Assembly (NCBI RefSeq): GCF_000372725.1
Contig: NW_005202427.1
Span: 1,152,459-1,216,458 of the forward strand
Direction of reading: 5' to 3'
DNA length: 64,000 nucleotides
Source of the DNA: Emiliania huxleyi CCMP1516
Lineage: Eukaryota
Made by a program: the position numbers and the translations under genes. Positions 60,301 to 64,000 of the stretch are shown piece by piece. The number at the start of each line of letters is the position of its first letter. The first letter of the stretch is position 1. A model generated the notes under the pieces. It did no database searches. It saw only the letters and a list, made by a program, of their open reading frames with translations, and was not told the origin of the DNA.

Positions 60301-63300
60301 CGCGACCTCTCGCGGCTCGACCTCACCGCCAGCCTCAACGACCTCACCGCAGCCCTCTCGCTCGCGCGCCGCCGCAGAGGCGTGACGCGCGTGCGCATCG
60401 CAGACATCGCCTCGGCCGAGGGCGCCGCCGTGCGCTCTGCGGCGCTGCCAGCGATCCAGCAGGCGCTCGCCTCTAAAAGACTACTAATAAGCTAATAATC
60501 AGCTACTAACAAAGTACGATCCAGCAGGCGCTCGCCTCGCTGCTGGCGTGCCTCCAGCACGCCTGCCTCGCAGCGGCGGCCGCGCGCCCCAGCCGTTCCG
60601 CCGCGCAGGACGAGGTGCGCGGCGCGCTCGGCGCCGCCGCCAACGCGCTGCAGGCCACCCTCGCCCACCCGACCCTTGGCTTTTGGGCGGACAGCAGCTA
60701 CGCGAGTGCGTCGCTCGCCAGCCTGCTCCGGCACGAGCCCAACCTTGAGGCGATCGCGGTCCGGCTGCGGCGCATGCTTTCGCTGTCGCCGACGCCGAGG
60801 CCGCTCCGCTCCAACGAGGCGATGCGCCGGCTGCGCCACTGGCTGCGCTCGCTCAAGATGGATGCACCGGAGGCGCCTCCGGTGGCGGAGATGCAGTCGT
60901 GGTCCATCCTGACGCCCGTCTACAAGGAGACAGTCCTCTACTCGATGGCGGATTTGGAGGAGGAGTCGAACGACGGCCGCTCCTTCATCGAGGTGTGCTG
61001 CGCGGAGTCACTTACTAGCCCATTCCTAGCTAGCATGCAGGCTCATTCGTAGCTCACTGGCCGCTCCCTCCTCGAGGTGCTGCGCGGCCTTCACCGCGAC
61101 GAGTGGGCAAACTTCGCGCAGCGGCTCGGCGAGTCGCCCTCCGCGCTCAGCGTCGCGCGCTGCGCCTCGGAGCCGAGGCTGGCCCTCCAGCTGCGGCTGT
61201 GGGGCCTCTAGGAACCTTCTCGGAACCTTCTTGGAACCTTCCTTAGGCTGGCCCTTCAGCTGCGGCTGTGGGCCTCGATGCGAGGCCAGACTCTCGCGCG
61301 CACCGTCTACGGCATGATGCACTACGAGTCGGCCTTGGCCTTCCTCGAACCTTCTCGGAACCTGCTCGGAGCCTTCCTTAGGCATGATGTACTACGAGTC
61401 GGCCTTGGCCTTCCTCGTGGCCGTGGAGGCGGGTTCAGCGGGAGGCGGCCCCGCCCCCCCTCTGCCCGCCGCCTCGCAGACCGCCGCCGCCAGTGCCTTG
61501 GCGCAGCGCAAGGTGGGCTACGTGTGCGCGTGCCAGGTCTATGGCGACTACAAGCGGGCGGGCGACCCGCGAGCGGTCGATATCGAGGCGCTTATGCACG
61601 CCTTCCCTTCGCTGCGGGTCGCCTACGTCGAGCGCAGGGGCGGCGGCGGCGAGGGAGGGGGGGAGGAGGAGGAGGAGGCGTGGGCGGCGATGCTGGTGTG
61701 CTCCGATGGGGAGGGGGGCGTGAGGTGCGAGAGCCGCGTCGGCCTCCCCGGCAACCCGATCCTCGGCGAGGGCAAGCCCGAGAACCAGAACGTGGCGCTG
61801 CCGTTTTGCCACGGCGAGAGGGTGCAGATGGTGGACATGAACCAAGAGGGGTACTGGGAGGAGGCGCTCAAGATGCGGCCGCTGCTGCAGGAGTTCGAGT
61901 CGTCCGCCAAAGCCGGGCCGGTGACCGTCATCGGCTTCCCGGAGCACATCTTCACGCAGTCGTCCGGCTTCGTCACCGCCATCTTCATCGGGCTGCAGGA
62001 GCGCTACTTCGGCTCCTTCGTGCAGCGTGTGCTCGACGAGCCGCTGGACGTTCGGCTGCACTACGGCCACCCCGCCCTGCTCGACAAGCTGCACTTCTTC
62101 TGGGAACCGTCTTGGAACCTTCTTGGCACATTCTAGGCCACCCCGACCTGCTCGACAAGCTGCACTTCGCCACGCGCGGCGGGGTGAGCAAGGCGTCCAA
62201 GGAGATCAACTTGAGCGAGGACATCTTTAGCGGGTACAAGACGGTGCTCGCCGGCGGCTGCGTCGTCTTTCGCGAGTACCACCTCGTGGGCAAGGGGCGG
62301 CCCACAAACCTGATGGAGATCACCGGCTTCTTCGCGAAGCTCTCCTCCGGCTCCGCCGCGTCGCTCACGACGCGCGACGTGGCGCGCTTCGCCGCCAGCG
62401 CGCCGCTCGTGAAGCTCTTCTCGTACTACTACTCGGCCATCGCCTTTTACGTGCACGACGTGATCGTGATGCACGTGACGGTGCCTCGCCCCGCGCCTGT
62501 CCCTCGCCCCGTGCCCGCGCGCGCGAGGGATGGATGGCGAGCACCGCACTCCTCATTGCGGATGGCCGAGCAGGTCCTCATCCCCTACCTGCTCGCGATG
62601 CTCGCGCTCGTCGGCCTCGATCACCGCTTCAACAACTACGAGGCGCAGCCCCTCTCGCTCTTCGCCCTGCTCCCGCTGCTGCTCTCGCTCATGACGGCCC
62701 TCCCGCTCTTGCGTGTCTGTAACGACTGCCCATCCTCTTCATCACGTGCTTCCCCGTCGTAGGCCGTGCCCGCGCTCTGCATGGTGCTGGTTGAGAGAGG
62801 GCCTCGCCGGGCCCTCTCCTTCTTGCTTGGGATGGCCATCACCGCCTCGCCCGTCTACTTCATCTTTGTCGCGCAGACAAAGTCCTTCCACTTTGCGCGC
62901 ACCGTCACGGCGGGCGGCAGTTCATTAGCAGCTAATTCGTAGCTTATTTAGTAGCTGATTCGTAGCTTCGTAGTAGCTTATTAGTAGCTTATCAATCACC
63001 ACAGGCGGGCGGCGCGTCCTACTTCGCCGCGCGGCGGAACGCCTCAGTGCTTCACACGCCCTACCACGAGCTGCACGCGCGCTTTGCGCACTCGCACCTC
63101 TACGTCGCCGCCGACGTGTACGTCTTTCTCTGCATGGCGCACGTCTGGTCCGTCTCGGACCGGCTCTTCCTCACGACGTGGCCCACTTGGGCGGTGGCTT
63201 CGTGCTTCGTCCTCGCGCCGCTGCTGTACAACCCGCAGCAGCTCGAGGCGTGGCAGGTCAAGGCGGACGTGCGCGGCTTCTGCGGCTGGGTGACGGGCGG

Positions 63301-64000
63301 AGGCTGGGAGGAGTGGTACGCGCGGCTGCACGGGCCGCCCGCGCGCGGGGGCATGGCCGCCGAGGACGCGGCGTGGAACGAGCAGTTCGGACGCGTCTCT
63401 GTCGCGGCGTTTTACTCGTTCATCGCCTACCTCATCCCGCTCCAGACCAATGTCGACAACTTCGCCGCCACGCGGGGGTGGGTGTGCGAGCCGCGCCTCG
63501 TCTGCACGGGCGCAACCTACCTCGCCTCGCTCGTCGCCCTCGCCGCCGCCGACTTGCGCCCCCACCGCTCGGCGCGCGCGCCGTCGAGCCGCCGCCGCCG
63601 CGCCTGCTACGTCGCGGCCGCCACCCTCTGTGCGGCCGCCACCCTGCAGCTCGCGGCGGCGTGCGCCGTTTTGGGGCCGGCGAGCAGCGCCGCTGGAAAG
63701 GCCCTCTGCGCGCCCGACTGCCGTTTGCGGAGGCGCCTCGCTGGCCTGTAGGCCGGCCTCGCTCGCACCGCCTCGCTGCGCAAGCGGCTGTGCGTCGCCG
63801 CCCTGTGCGTCTACGCTTGCGCAGGCGCTGTCGGGTCGGTGCTGGAGACGTCCGCCAATGCGCCCTCTCTGTCTGAACCTCTTTTGAACCCTTCTCCGAG
63901 CCTTGGATAGGTGCTCGAGCTCGCTGCCAACATGCGGGCGACGGCGGACGTCGCCGCGCCGCTGCTGAGGCTCGCCCACAAGGCGCGCGAGAGCGTGGAG
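51356..64000 (+). CDS. Fused KRE6/SKN1-like GH16 transglycosylase + GT48 1,3-beta-glucan (FKS/callose) synthase; many introns; probably runs off the window
   Basis: GH16: LIDVDTP, LVMSDEF, YASGSVQSW, PAIWMLGNLGRATY, GRGVPEVDLLEA, PEEPMYL. GT48: FGFQ..V.NQLEHL, LYLLVWAEAANLR, NYDDVNEAFW, LTPVYKETVLYS, WASMRGQTLARTV.GMMYY, LPGNPILGEGKPENQN, DMNQ..Y.EEALKMR, RLHYGHPD, TRGGVSKASK.INLSEDIF.GY, VGKGR. Confidence 0.9.
54388..54762 (+). repeat. Perfect intronic 11-bp repeat (CCGAGAGGGGT)n
   Basis: About 34 identical units. Confidence 0.97.
59760..59872 (+). repeat. Interstitial telomere-type repeat (CCCTAA)n inside an intron
   Basis: About 18 units with a few CCCTGA/CCCATA variants. Confidence 0.95.

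Overview
GC-rich, intron-containing eukaryotic DNA with three N-gaps. GC-AG introns, about 11-bp intronic microsatellites, CCCTAA repeats and gene content suggest a haptophyte alga like Emiliania/Gephyrocapsa huxleyi (inference). Genes: FGE-sulfatase-domain protein, TruA-type pseudouridine synthase, two RCC1-repeat loci, Hedgehog-type Hint protein, YadA-head-like secreted protein, TBC Rab-GAP, ER ankyrin protein, eIF3e, SAM/UBX protein, sulfotransferase, CHORD protein, tRNA-Leu(UAG), UNR/CSDE1-like protein, TRAF-Zn-finger protein, ankyrin protein, and a >12 kb gene fusing a KRE6/SKN1 GH16 domain to a GT48 1,3-beta-glucan synthase. Main observations: (1) about 20 introns are built as [copy of the next exon's start + filler + AG], mostly 60-76 nt, and one is made by a retroposon tail with an 18-bp duplication, suggesting an intron-generating process; (2) the GH16-GT48 fusion; (3) a tandem duplicated gene frame whose coding cargo was swapped; (4) a young copia element with identical LTRs ending CG...CG. 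All splice models were made by eye and need transcript confirmation.
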